From IMG/VR virus record IMGVR_UViG_3300045988_083839, positions 1 through 42,878 of that record: a stretch of DNA of 42,878 nt. The stretch is one strand, 5' to 3'. The notes below the pieces were generated by a model. It made no database searches. It was not told where the DNA came from and was given only the letters and a program-made list of their open reading frames with translations. Position numbers and translations under genes: made by a program. Shown in pieces: positions 17,043 through 24,983 of this stretch; positions within the stretch are counted from its first letter, which is position 1; the number at the start of each line of letters is the position of its first letter. The stretch comes from a virus.

Positions 17043-17456
17043 TTATACCTCCTTAATTTTTTCAGACTGAATCATGGTCTGCATCTGTGGTGTAGTATCG
17101 TTTTTAAATTCCCGATAATCCACATCACACAAAAAATGCAGCACCTTATCCTCAATTTTCGAGTTCCTGTTTTTAAATTTAAAGCCAGGAATCGCGAATT
17201 CTCTCGCTAAATCCTGACCAACATTCCAACATTCTTCCTGGATTTCTGCCTTCCCCTGGTTCTCTGGAAAGTAAAGGATGTCCAGGCTTACCGCATTTTT
17301 TAACCGTCCATTAATCCCTCTGGAATGCTCCTGCTCATAGATGTGCACCAAAAAGCATGGAGTTGTAAACCCCTGCGGGACGTCCTCGCGGTATGTTTTA
17401 CAGGGCTTTACAGTTTTTAAACCGCTTGCAATAGCCTCATATAATCTTTCAATCAT
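17043..17456 (-). CDS. Tail completion/terminator-like protein (XkdJ-like)
   Basis: Syntenic position. ATG 17456 overlaps the upstream stop. Confidence 0.5.
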   Translation of the reverse strand: MIERLYEAIASGLKTVKPCKTYREDVPQGFTTPCFLVHIYEQEHSRGINGRLKNAVSLDILYFPENQGKAEIQEECWNVGQDLAREFAIPGFKFKNRNSKIEDKVLHFLCDVDYREFKNDTTPQMQTMIQSEKIKEV

Positions 17457-17952
17457 GCTTTTTCTGTATTGCCTCCACTTCTTTCTTGAACAGAGCAATC
17501 ATCCGTCTGTTTACATAGTTCTGGGTCTTCTCTAATACATATGTGCCCTTTACAAATCCTTTTATCGGGCCGCCCTTTTTCGTGATAATCCTGTGTCCAT
17601 AATTCCAGTAAGACGCATACTCCTCGGCATTGACAAGCTCCGTCTCTAAACCACCTGCAGTACGCCTTGTCGGCAGCTTATGCCAATTTTCTTTGAGTTT
17701 TCCACCCACACCAGGAACGCTTACCTCAAAGCTAACGATTTTTCCAGCATCGGGACCATTCTTCACAGTAAAGGTGACTGGATTGGGATGCGCTCCGATA
17801 GGTGTCCTTCTCTGTGCATATTCAACGCCATCATTCACTGCTGTATTAAGCACCTTTTTGTCTACCTGCTGGATATCGTCCAGCATAGCCATCAGTTCTT
17901 TACGGTACTGGTCAATGGCCGCTTTATTGCGTCTGTAATTACTGCTACTCAT
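17449..17952 (-). CDS. HK97 gp10-like head-tail joining protein
   Basis: The pattern NKAAIDQYRKELMAMLDDIQQVDKKVLNTAVNDGVEYAQRRTPIG fits the gp10 family. Confidence 0.65.
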   Translation of the reverse strand: MSSSNYRRNKAAIDQYRKELMAMLDDIQQVDKKVLNTAVNDGVEYAQRRTPIGAHPNPVTFTVKNGPDAGKIVSFEVSVPGVGGKLKENWHKLPTRRTAGGLETELVNAEEYASYWNYGHRIITKKGGPIKGFVKGTYVLEKTQNYVNRRMIALFKKEVEAIQKKHD

Positions 17953-18284
17953 GCGTTATCCTCTCTCTTAACCTCGCACTGCCACTGGTAAGTATAAGAG
18001 TGACACTCGCCCAGGGTAAGCTCGACAGTTTTTCCGGTGCGCATCGTCACAGTAATCCTATCCCCCTCCTGCACATCTGCTTCCAGGCCACAAAATAGCG
18101 TGTGACTGTTTTGGATGGACGGGTTTGGAGTACCGACAGCAGCCTGCCCTGAAGAACTGTAGCGGCAGGGGATATTCTCCCCCACCGTAAAAAGCTCATT
18201 GCGTATGTATCCGCCTTTTTCTACCTCGTGCCAGCGCTGCACAGTCATCCTGGCATCGTACATCACTGCATATGGATTAAGCAT
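17949..18284 (-). CDS. Head closure / head-tail adaptor protein
   Basis: 111 aa, syntenic between the gp6-like and gp10-like genes. Confidence 0.6.
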   Translation of the reverse strand: MLNPYAVMYDARMTVQRWHEVEKGGYIRNELFTVGENIPCRYSSSGQAAVGTPNPSIQNSHTLFCGLEADVQEGDRITVTMRTGKTVELTLGECHSYTYQWQCEVKREDNA

Positions 18285-18630
18285 AACCTCTCAACCTCCT
18301 GTGTCTTTTAAGAGCCGCTTTATCACTTGCATTAAGCTCATAAATGCTTGCCCTGGTATTCCCTTCGGTCTGCGCCCAGGTAATCGTACCATCGCCCTCT
18401 TTTAGGCTGGCCACTTCCGGATGATACCCGGAACCGTTGACTGCCTCGTAATCGATAATACCTTTTACCTTTTTCCGGACAACCGGCTCCAGAACATCCG
18501 GAATGCGCTCAGGATGGAGATTGCAATAATCGCACACAGAGAGAATGACGTCTGACACAAGCAATTCTTTTTCGCCCGGATAAAGCCCCAGGTTGCTTTC
18601 CACAGCTTTCTGCATTTCGGCTGCTGTCAT
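18277..18630 (-). CDS. gp6-like head-tail connector protein
   Basis: 117 aa. The N-terminus is MTAAEMQKAVESNLGLYPGEKELLVSDVILSVCDYCNL. Confidence 0.65.
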   Translation of the reverse strand: MTAAEMQKAVESNLGLYPGEKELLVSDVILSVCDYCNLHPERIPDVLEPVVRKKVKGIIDYEAVNGSGYHPEVASLKEGDGTITWAQTEGNTRASIYELNASDKAALKRHRRLRGYA

Positions 18631-18642
18631 GCCTCATCCCTC

Positions 18643-18804
18643 CTATTTTTTAATCAGCCCCGCATCCCGAAGGGATTTAAGCAGGGCATTAAACTCTTCC
18701 TTTGTAGGTGTAGCTCCAGCTGCATCCTTGACAGCTGCGCCTGTGCGCTCCTCAAAAAGTTCCCGGATTTTCGGCGGGATTCCGTTCATATCAAAATCTG
18801 CCAT
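18643..18804 (-). CDS. Small protein (53 aa), unannotated in the ORF track
   Basis: My translation is MADFDMNGIPPKIRELFEERTGAAVKDAAGATPTKEEFNALLKSLRDAGLIKK*. AAGGTGAG RBS. It fills the capsid-connector gap. Confidence 0.55.
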   Translation of the reverse strand: MADFDMNGIPPKIRELFEERTGAAVKDAAGATPTKEEFNALLKSLRDAGLIKK

Positions 18805-18812
18805 AACTCACC

Positions 18813-19763
18813 TTATCCTTTCAGGCCAGTGATTACGCCGTGCATAAATGCAGGACCATGATCCAGACCAAACTGACCGAAAATCTGTCCCTCTTCAGAT
18901 GCGCCGGTTTTTGCAAGCTCTTCGTAGAAGAAATTGCCTTTCCCCGGTACCGGCTGGAACACCGGAGCCATTACAGACAGCTCAGCAGCCAGAACGGCGG
19001 TCTGCGGCATAAAACGGTCAAGAGCAATACCGATGTTTCCGAAGTCCGTCTCAATCTGCTTGATATTTGTTCCTCCGATATTTCTGTCAGTCGGTGCGTA
19101 GGAGTAAATATCGGTGATGATCTGCTTTTGAGTGCTGCCCACATACAGAACCATATTGGAGAAGATTGCTCCTGCATCGTACATAGTCTTAAAGAGCTGC
19201 TGCATCAGCGCTTTGGTCAAGGCTGCACTCTTGCCATCTACTTTTGTGCCGCCCTCGCCTCCGCAAAGAGCCAGCAGGCCTCTGGTCTTGCTCGCCACAT
19301 CTGCGCTGGTTGCTTTTGCGTACACGCCGTTGATGATGGTGTACTCGATATCGCGGGCAATCTTTTCCAGCTTTCTTGCAATCTGCCAATCCTTTTCGGT
19401 GGACTGCACATTGTTTTTCTGTCCAGCGGTATTCAGTCCGCTCATTCTTCCACGGTTGGACTCCTTAACGTAGGAAATGGATACCTTCTCGTGGAAAATC
19501 TGGGTTACATTGGTGTTCTGGGTTCTCACGATTTCCTCGGCCTGCGGTGCGGTCAGGGATGCAGTCTCAGTGATTGCTGGCTGTGCTGCCGCCGGAAGAG
19601 AATACTGAGAATCGGTCGGGAACTCAAAATTATCAGTCTGCACGCCGCCGGTCAAACCGCCAATAGCGGAAAGAATCGGGGTGTTCGTAGTATCAGCAGT
19701 AAATAAATCTCCTGCATAGTTGGGTAAATTCCAGGTCGTACCTGTTCCTTTCTGATTTGCCAT
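18813..19763 (-). CDS. Major capsid protein
   Basis: 316 aa directly after the scaffold gene. The N-terminus WNLPNYAGDLFTADTTNTPILSAIGG is a capsid-family pattern. Confidence 0.85.
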   Translation of the reverse strand: MANQKGTGTTWNLPNYAGDLFTADTTNTPILSAIGGLTGGVQTDNFEFPTDSQYSLPAAAQPAITETASLTAPQAEEIVRTQNTNVTQIFHEKVSISYVKESNRGRMSGLNTAGQKNNVQSTEKDWQIARKLEKIARDIEYTIINGVYAKATSADVASKTRGLLALCGGEGGTKVDGKSAALTKALMQQLFKTMYDAGAIFSNMVLYVGSTQKQIITDIYSYAPTDRNIGGTNIKQIETDFGNIGIALDRFMPQTAVLAAELSVMAPVFQPVPGKGNFFYEELAKTGASEEGQIFGQFGLDHGPAFMHGVITGLKG

Positions 19764-19769
19764 TATTCG

Positions 19770-20399
19770 TTATTCCTCACTTTCTGCCTGTTCCAGGCGA
19801 AATAATTCATTTCTTGCTGCAATCCGGTCAGCCAGCCTTGTTGCAGGATCCTTAATCAGCTTTTCCAGTTCTTCTCTACGTCCAGAAGAACCTCCCTCCT
19901 GCGGCGGGGTCTTGCCATTATTGCCCGGTGTCTTTCCGGAAATCGGAGAGGTAAACAGTTCTTTGTAGGTCTCTTTTACCGTTTTTAACTGCTCAGACAG
20001 TCCAGACACTGTGCCATCATCTGCCAGAATCAGCTTGGTACGGTCGAATTTATCCGCTACCAGCTCCGGGTACTTGCAGTCCTTTAACTGGTCTTTGATA
20101 GCGCCAGTCAGACGCATATCGCGGATTTTGTCCTCATACTCTTTCTTGGTTGCCTTATTCGCGTCCTCCAGCTCGGTGATTTTTGTCTGAAGGGCTTCAT
20201 TGTCCTTAGCTTCGTCCTTCAGGGTCTTTAACTGTTTATCCCGGTCAGCCACCTGCTTTTCCAGATCTGCCTTTGCTGTGTTCACCTCATCAAACCGGGA
20301 CTTGGGGATAAATCCTTTCATCTCGTTTGTGTAGATGTCGATTACAGCCGTTGCCTGCTCTTCAGTCAGGCCTTTTGCAATTAATTCTTCTTTTTTCAT
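19770..20399 (-). CDS. Scaffolding protein (GP20-like)
   Basis: Charged coiled-coil protein. The N-terminus MKKEELIAKGLTEEQATAVIDIYTNEMKGFIPKSRFDEV is typical. Confidence 0.8.
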   Translation of the reverse strand: MKKEELIAKGLTEEQATAVIDIYTNEMKGFIPKSRFDEVNTAKADLEKQVADRDKQLKTLKDEAKDNEALQTKITELEDANKATKKEYEDKIRDMRLTGAIKDQLKDCKYPELVADKFDRTKLILADDGTVSGLSEQLKTVKETYKELFTSPISGKTPGNNGKTPPQEGGSSGRREELEKLIKDPATRLADRIAARNELFRLEQAESEE

Positions 20400-20426
20400 G
20401 GTTTCATTCCTTTCATCTTCACTTGT

Positions 20427-20454
20427 TGTCCCGGTCGTGTCCGGTGATGTCCCG
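20427..20454. repeat. Three phased TGTCC(C)GG boxes in the scaffold-gene leader
   Basis: tgtcccgg (20427), tgtccgg (20438) and tgtcccg (20448) recur at a 10-11 bp period. Confidence 0.5.
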
Positions 20455-20515
20455 TTCTTTATCGTCTGCGGTACCGGAAAGACGACATAAAAATAACACC
20501 CGGTTTCCCGCGTGC

Positions 20516-20546
20516 CTATGACTAAATCTATGACTATCTATGACTA
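20516..20546. repeat. Three tandem CTATGACTA boxes
   Basis: Exact 9-mers at 20516, 20528 and 20538, in the 154-nt intergenic region upstream of the scaffold gene. Confidence 0.7.
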
Positions 20547-20553
20547 ATTTTTA

Positions 20554-21033
20554 TTAAACTACCTCTTTCCAAATTTCTGGGCCAACTCCAAACGCCCCCG
20601 GCTCCCAGACGTTATTATCCACCATGGATTCCCACTTCTTGCTGCTGTGGGTACACTTGGAACCTTTCTGATATGGCACTGGCGGAATACCGTTGTACGG
20701 CTCCCACGCCGGATATTCTTCCTGCGGCTCCGGTTCTGGTTCCGAAACGACTGTACCGCCGCTCTCTACCGTTTCTTTGATTTTCTGGACGGTCGCGTTC
20801 AGAGAGGTAACGGTCGCGTTCAGTGCACTCTGCTGCTTTGCCAGCTCATTAATCTGGGTCTGCAGCGGCGCGTTGGACTGCTCTGGATCCGCATTTGCCT
20901 GCGCCAGTGCAACCAGTTCCTTTCTCTGCTCCTCGGTGATGTCATTCCGCACCCAGAGGGTATCAATTTTCTTTAACATATCGACCAGAGCATATCGCTT
21001 TGAGCTAATTACATTCTTTACAATCTCGTACAT
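20554..21033 (-). CDS. Fiber-accessory protein with coiled coil and C-terminal carbohydrate-binding-like (CBM5/12-like) motif
   Basis: PYQKGSKCTHSSKKWESMVDNNVWEPG resembles the CBM5/12 aromatic motif. The gene starts immediately after the stop of the 1095-aa gene. Confidence 0.45.
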   Translation of the reverse strand: MYEIVKNVISSKRYALVDMLKKIDTLWVRNDITEEQRKELVALAQANADPEQSNAPLQTQINELAKQQSALNATVTSLNATVQKIKETVESGGTVVSEPEPEPQEEYPAWEPYNGIPPVPYQKGSKCTHSSKKWESMVDNNVWEPGAFGVGPEIWKEVV

Positions 21034-24000
21034 TTATACCTCCAAAACTGCGGCGCTGATAGCCGCGATTTTACTGTCTACATAGGATTTTGTATCTACG
21101 GTGTAGGTCAGCTCCATGTTACAGCCGCCTGTGTTGGTGACTTCGGTGGTTCCTGCGTACATCGTGAGGGCGTTGAGCTGTGCTTGCTCAGATGGGGAGA
21201 GGGGGATAGTCTCGGATTCCTTCGTTTTATACACAAGTTCTGTCGGATTAACTTTCAACCATTCTTTAAACTGGCTCACAGTTGTGATTTCTCTGTTTGG
21301 CGGTCTGAAATATTTCACTCCAAGAGTAATATGGTCGCAATAGTATCCAACTTTATCCTTATGAGTAGAATTATAAACATAATCTTGATTTATAAATCTA
21401 GTGCACAAACTTGTCTGATTCCCGCCTGACGCATCTTTAAAAAGAGATGTGAGCACAATTCCTTCCTTTTCTTGCTGAGTTGCATCATTTATCGAATAGT
21501 TGATATCCCCCAACATAATAGTATTATGCTGATACACCCAATACCACACTCCATCCACCTTTTCCAGCTTATCCCACTTGGTAAACGGGCGAGGCGGTGT
21601 TAAGGTGATAGACTGCTGCTCTGTGCCACCTTTAATCGTGACGGTCACAGGCTGGTCGGTTATCTCGATGGGCTGTTCCCAGTCAGGGGAGGGGGAAGGG
21701 AAACCACCGGAGTAGGGTTCATAGGCGGTGGCAGAAGCTCCTCGCTCAAGCTGGATATTTTTTACACTCAAAGTCTCTCCGACTACATCATTATCTCCCG
21801 TAAACGGAATACCAATTCTAAATGGCGAATCGACCTTGAATGTTATGTTTCTGGATAACGTCTTGTTATTTTTTATCAGATAATTTTTGTAATAATCATT
21901 AAAAGCACAAGAATCCACGCTATACGATAATGGTTCTACGGTCAAAAGAATAGTCATTTTTTGCGCTACACTATTTTTTGTCTTATCAGCGGAAAAAGTA
22001 TATTCTCCGGCAGGATACTCCTTGGAAAACATAATGTAACTACTGCCCCAAGTGTCTGCTAGAGTACAATCAATAAGATTATCTTTTATTTCAAAAGTTC
22101 CTTTTGAAAAGGTTGTTTCACCTTTTATATCAAACAGATTCTTCCCACTCGTTCGCACCTGTTCCGTCTTGCCCCACATGGCAAACCGAACAACCGGCAC
22201 CCTCGAACTGTCAGTTACCTTTATACCCCCCCCCGAGATTTTCTGACTAATTAGGGCTGACTGGATATTCACCAGCTTGGCATTGAGTCTTTCTTCCATG
22301 TTCCGGATATAGGTTCCGGTATCTGCCACATAGCTCGCTTCCATGTGTGCCCCAGCATCGTTTGTGATAACGGTGGTCGGATAGTTGGTGTGGAGGGCTT
22401 CGTAAGCGGCGAGTTCTTCCGGGGTGAGGTCGCGCTCGATGGGGGCGGCAAGGACGTATTGAGTAATTACTGGGCTTCCAGAATCGCTTTTTGTTTTAAG
22501 CAGTTCTTTCAACTCAGAACCATTACTAACTCCCCATTTTGCTGAGTTGAAACCAAACGTTTTTCCGGTGTTATTTGAAAATGTTACATTACCATAGTTT
22601 GATAACAGGCCACCATCAATTCTTAACCCGGCTAACCCATCACTCCTCATATTAACAACTATTGTTGGCAGCCAACTATCACTCATCAGCTCTGTCCCAT
22701 CGAAAACATACTTTCCTACCCTCTGCACATACTTCCCACGCCCCAAGTCAATCTCATCGCAAATCCACTGCTGACCGTTTTGGTCAGTGTAGTTGCCGTC
22801 TTTCGTCACTGGCACACCGGGGAGACCGTTCGGGGTGGCGAGGGTGAGGGATTGAGGCTCTGCGCCATTAACTGTTACCGTAATACTTCCGCTCTCACCG
22901 GCATTCACAATCGGCACTGGATTTTCCACACTCGGCGTCCCATCCTGCATACTCTTCCCGAACACGCTCAGCCCCTCAAACAACTTGTCGGAGCTGTCCG
23001 TCAGAGTCATGGTCTCACCCTGCGCGGTCTCAATAATGGCATCCGCTTTGCCCTGATGCAGGGTGACAATCTCTCGCCCTGTGACCTGTGCATCCGCAGC
23101 CTGCCCAGACTGGGTGAGGGTTGGATCCGTTTTCGTCTGGGCATCTCCCAGTTCCACGTTACCGTCCGCGCCAACCACAAGGGCTTTCCCTGCGTTGTCT
23201 GCTCCCTGCTGCTTGTCAACCTTGTCCTCAATCGCCTGTTTATTCGCCGCAATCTGCTCCCGGTCTGCCACAATTCCAGCAGCCGCATCCTGCACCCTCT
23301 TGGTCTGTGTATCGCCCTCTGTGGTAACTGCCTGAATGGCTTCTGCCTTAGCCTCGGCAACGTCACTGACTGCCTGTGTGCCTGCCTGCTGCACCGCTGT
23401 GGTCTGTCTCTGCCCCTCTGCAGAAACTGCTCCCACAGCCGCCTCCTGAGCCTGTCCAACGGCATTAATCGCGCCCTGGGCGGTCTGTTCGAACTGCGTG
23501 GCTGTATTTTCTACCGCCTGCCGGTCCGCTGCTACTGCCTGCCTGTCAGTATCCACCGCTTCCCGTATCTGCTCCACTAATCTGTGGGTCTCGCTTACCT
23601 CAACCCGGTCTCGCTCCACCTCTTCCATGGCTGCCTCTGCTCCTGCCTCAGCACTCTCAGCGGCGGTCTGTGCCTCTTTTGCGGCGGTACTGGAACGTTC
23701 TGCTGCCTGTGCGCTTTCTTCGGCTTTCTGGGCATTCTGAGCGGTCTCTGTTGCCATCTGAGATACTGCCTGCTTATCTTTGGCAACTGCTGCCGCATCC
23801 TGCTTTACCTGCTCGGCAACCTGCCCGGCTCCGGCAATCTCACCCTCAATTTTACCGGCTGCTTCTTCCGCTGCTTTCTGGGCGGCTTCAGCTCCTTCTC
23901 TTGCCGTCTCTGCCCGGTCTGCGGATGCATTTACCGCCTCAATGGCTTCCCGGAAGAGTTCTGCATCTTCTGGTGTGTCATGCTCTTCCGGCTTCGGTCT

Positions 24001-24321
24001 GCGCTTTACCTGCACAGAGATTCGCTTAATGGTTTTGCCGGATGTCTTATCCGCCAGGTAGATCCATGCGTAAATCTCATAGGTCGCGCCTGCTGCCTGA
24101 TTTTCCAACAGGCTATCCGGAATGACTACCTCTGTCACGCCGTCCTTGGTGGTACCTACTCTGGTAATGGCATCCCCGGACTGTTCTGTTAATGCGAAAT
24201 GGATTTCTACCGCTGTGGGCAGTTTCAATCCTTCTATCCGTAATCTCTGCCCGTAGTCCCACTGCCAGAGGCCAGTAGCGCGGGCATAGTCGCTGTTATC
24301 TGTAAATACTGCTGTTATCAT
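21034..24321 (-). CDS. Large fiber/receptor-binding-like structural protein (BppU-N-like N-terminus, long Ala/Glu coiled coil, C-terminal beta-rich domains)
   Basis: 1095 aa. The N-terminal ~110 aa resemble a BppU_N Ig-like domain. Residues ~130-400 are an AEAAQKAAEEA-type coiled coil. The C-terminus carries IQLERGASATAYEPY-type fiber motifs. Confidence 0.6.
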   Translation of the reverse strand: MITAVFTDNSDYARATGLWQWDYGQRLRIEGLKLPTAVEIHFALTEQSGDAITRVGTTKDGVTEVVIPDSLLENQAAGATYEIYAWIYLADKTSGKTIKRISVQVKRRPKPEEHDTPEDAELFREAIEAVNASADRAETAREGAEAAQKAAEEAAGKIEGEIAGAGQVAEQVKQDAAAVAKDKQAVSQMATETAQNAQKAEESAQAAERSSTAAKEAQTAAESAEAGAEAAMEEVERDRVEVSETHRLVEQIREAVDTDRQAVAADRQAVENTATQFEQTAQGAINAVGQAQEAAVGAVSAEGQRQTTAVQQAGTQAVSDVAEAKAEAIQAVTTEGDTQTKRVQDAAAGIVADREQIAANKQAIEDKVDKQQGADNAGKALVVGADGNVELGDAQTKTDPTLTQSGQAADAQVTGREIVTLHQGKADAIIETAQGETMTLTDSSDKLFEGLSVFGKSMQDGTPSVENPVPIVNAGESGSITVTVNGAEPQSLTLATPNGLPGVPVTKDGNYTDQNGQQWICDEIDLGRGKYVQRVGKYVFDGTELMSDSWLPTIVVNMRSDGLAGLRIDGGLLSNYGNVTFSNNTGKTFGFNSAKWGVSNGSELKELLKTKSDSGSPVITQYVLAAPIERDLTPEELAAYEALHTNYPTTVITNDAGAHMEASYVADTGTYIRNMEERLNAKLVNIQSALISQKISGGGIKVTDSSRVPVVRFAMWGKTEQVRTSGKNLFDIKGETTFSKGTFEIKDNLIDCTLADTWGSSYIMFSKEYPAGEYTFSADKTKNSVAQKMTILLTVEPLSYSVDSCAFNDYYKNYLIKNNKTLSRNITFKVDSPFRIGIPFTGDNDVVGETLSVKNIQLERGASATAYEPYSGGFPSPSPDWEQPIEITDQPVTVTIKGGTEQQSITLTPPRPFTKWDKLEKVDGVWYWVYQHNTIMLGDINYSINDATQQEKEGIVLTSLFKDASGGNQTSLCTRFINQDYVYNSTHKDKVGYYCDHITLGVKYFRPPNREITTVSQFKEWLKVNPTELVYKTKESETIPLSPSEQAQLNALTMYAGTTEVTNTGGCNMELTYTVDTKSYVDSKIAAISAAVLEV

Positions 24322-24332
24322 GTTTACCTCCG

Positions 24333-24346
24333 TTGCGATATCGCAA
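24333..24346. promoter_or_regulatory. Palindrome TTGCGATATCGCAA (copy 3, perfect)
   Basis: Lies between terminator 24366-24384 and the GGAGG RBS of the 1095-aa gene (minus strand: TTTTTATACC-N7-palindrome-CGGAGG). Confidence 0.5.
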
Positions 24347-24365
24347 TAAAAAGGGTATAAAAATA

Positions 24366-24384
24366 CCAGGGATAAATTCCCTGG
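24366..24384 (-). terminator. Intrinsic terminator after the YjcQ-like gene
   Basis: Minus strand reads CCAGGGA-ATTTA-TCCCTGG followed by TATTTTTAT. Confidence 0.7.
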
Positions 24385-24385
24385 C

Positions 24386-24727
24386 TTAAATGAACGGTAT
24401 TAAGTCTTTTATCGTTTGCAATGTATCCAATGCTTTTTTCATTGAAGAATTCTCCGCCAAATACTCAATCCCTGGCGGCGTTATTCTCAATTTATTGTAT
24501 TGAAGCTTTACTTGCACCTCTGGATTTCCCATGATTTTTTTAGATATCACACCTGTAATGTAACCATACTCTGATAAGTTCTGAAAAATATAGTTCCAGT
24601 ATGATTCGTTGATACCAAGTGCTTCCGGAGAAAGCAGTTCTGGATCTGGAGCAATTCCCTTTTTCAAGCATTTGTATAAATAGTCAAGAATCTTTGCGGC
24701 TATCACAAAATAATCATCTCTGGCCAT
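24386..24727 (-). CDS. YjcQ-like winged-helix protein
   Basis: DYFVIAAKILDYLYKCLKKGI...YGYITGV...ITPPGIEYLAENS is a YjcQ-family pattern. GAGGAG RBS 6 nt before ATG 24727. Confidence 0.6.
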   Translation of the reverse strand: MARDDYFVIAAKILDYLYKCLKKGIAPDPELLSPEALGINESYWNYIFQNLSEYGYITGVISKKIMGNPEVQVKLQYNKLRITPPGIEYLAENSSMKKALDTLQTIKDLIPFI

Positions 24728-24983
24728 GTACATCTCCTCTTAATAAAATTTTATGGTAAATTTCTGTTACTGCCTGTATTAATTCCTTATCATTCAGCAC
24801 TTCCTCATCTGCCTCATCAAAAGGCTCATATGATGCGCATATCTCAGGCATATCATCTAACATATCAAGCCACTCTTCATCCTTTAAATCTAACATTGCT
24901 TCTGGAAAATCGTATGAAAAATCATTGCAGTTATATTCTCCATCTATGAGCTGTCGCATCATTTCCAATAATTTTTCTTTCAT
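24714..24983 (-). CDS. Acidic small protein, candidate immunity protein for the MuF C-terminal toxin
   Basis: 89 aa and highly acidic. ATGA overlap with the MuF stop. Confidence 0.5.
   Translation of the reverse strand: MKEKLLEMMRQLIDGEYNCNDFSYDFPEAMLDLKDEEWLDMLDDMPEICASYEPFDEADEEVLNDKELIQAVTEIYHKILLRGDVHGQR

Noticed and set aside
18840-19706. 288-aa plus-strand ORF opposite the major capsid gene
   Set aside because: It lies entirely antisense to a well-supported capsid CDS and has no RBS. The product is low-complexity and Cys/Leu-rich, typical of a shadow ORF.
22780-24192. Multiple long plus- and minus-strand ORFs (e.g. 22780..23580, 23584..24192, 23007..23465) overlapping the 1095-aa gene
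   Set aside because: The GC-rich Ala/Glu coiled-coil codons (GCN/GAR) keep alternative frames open. Only the 21034..24321 frame has an RBS, coupling and a sensible protein.
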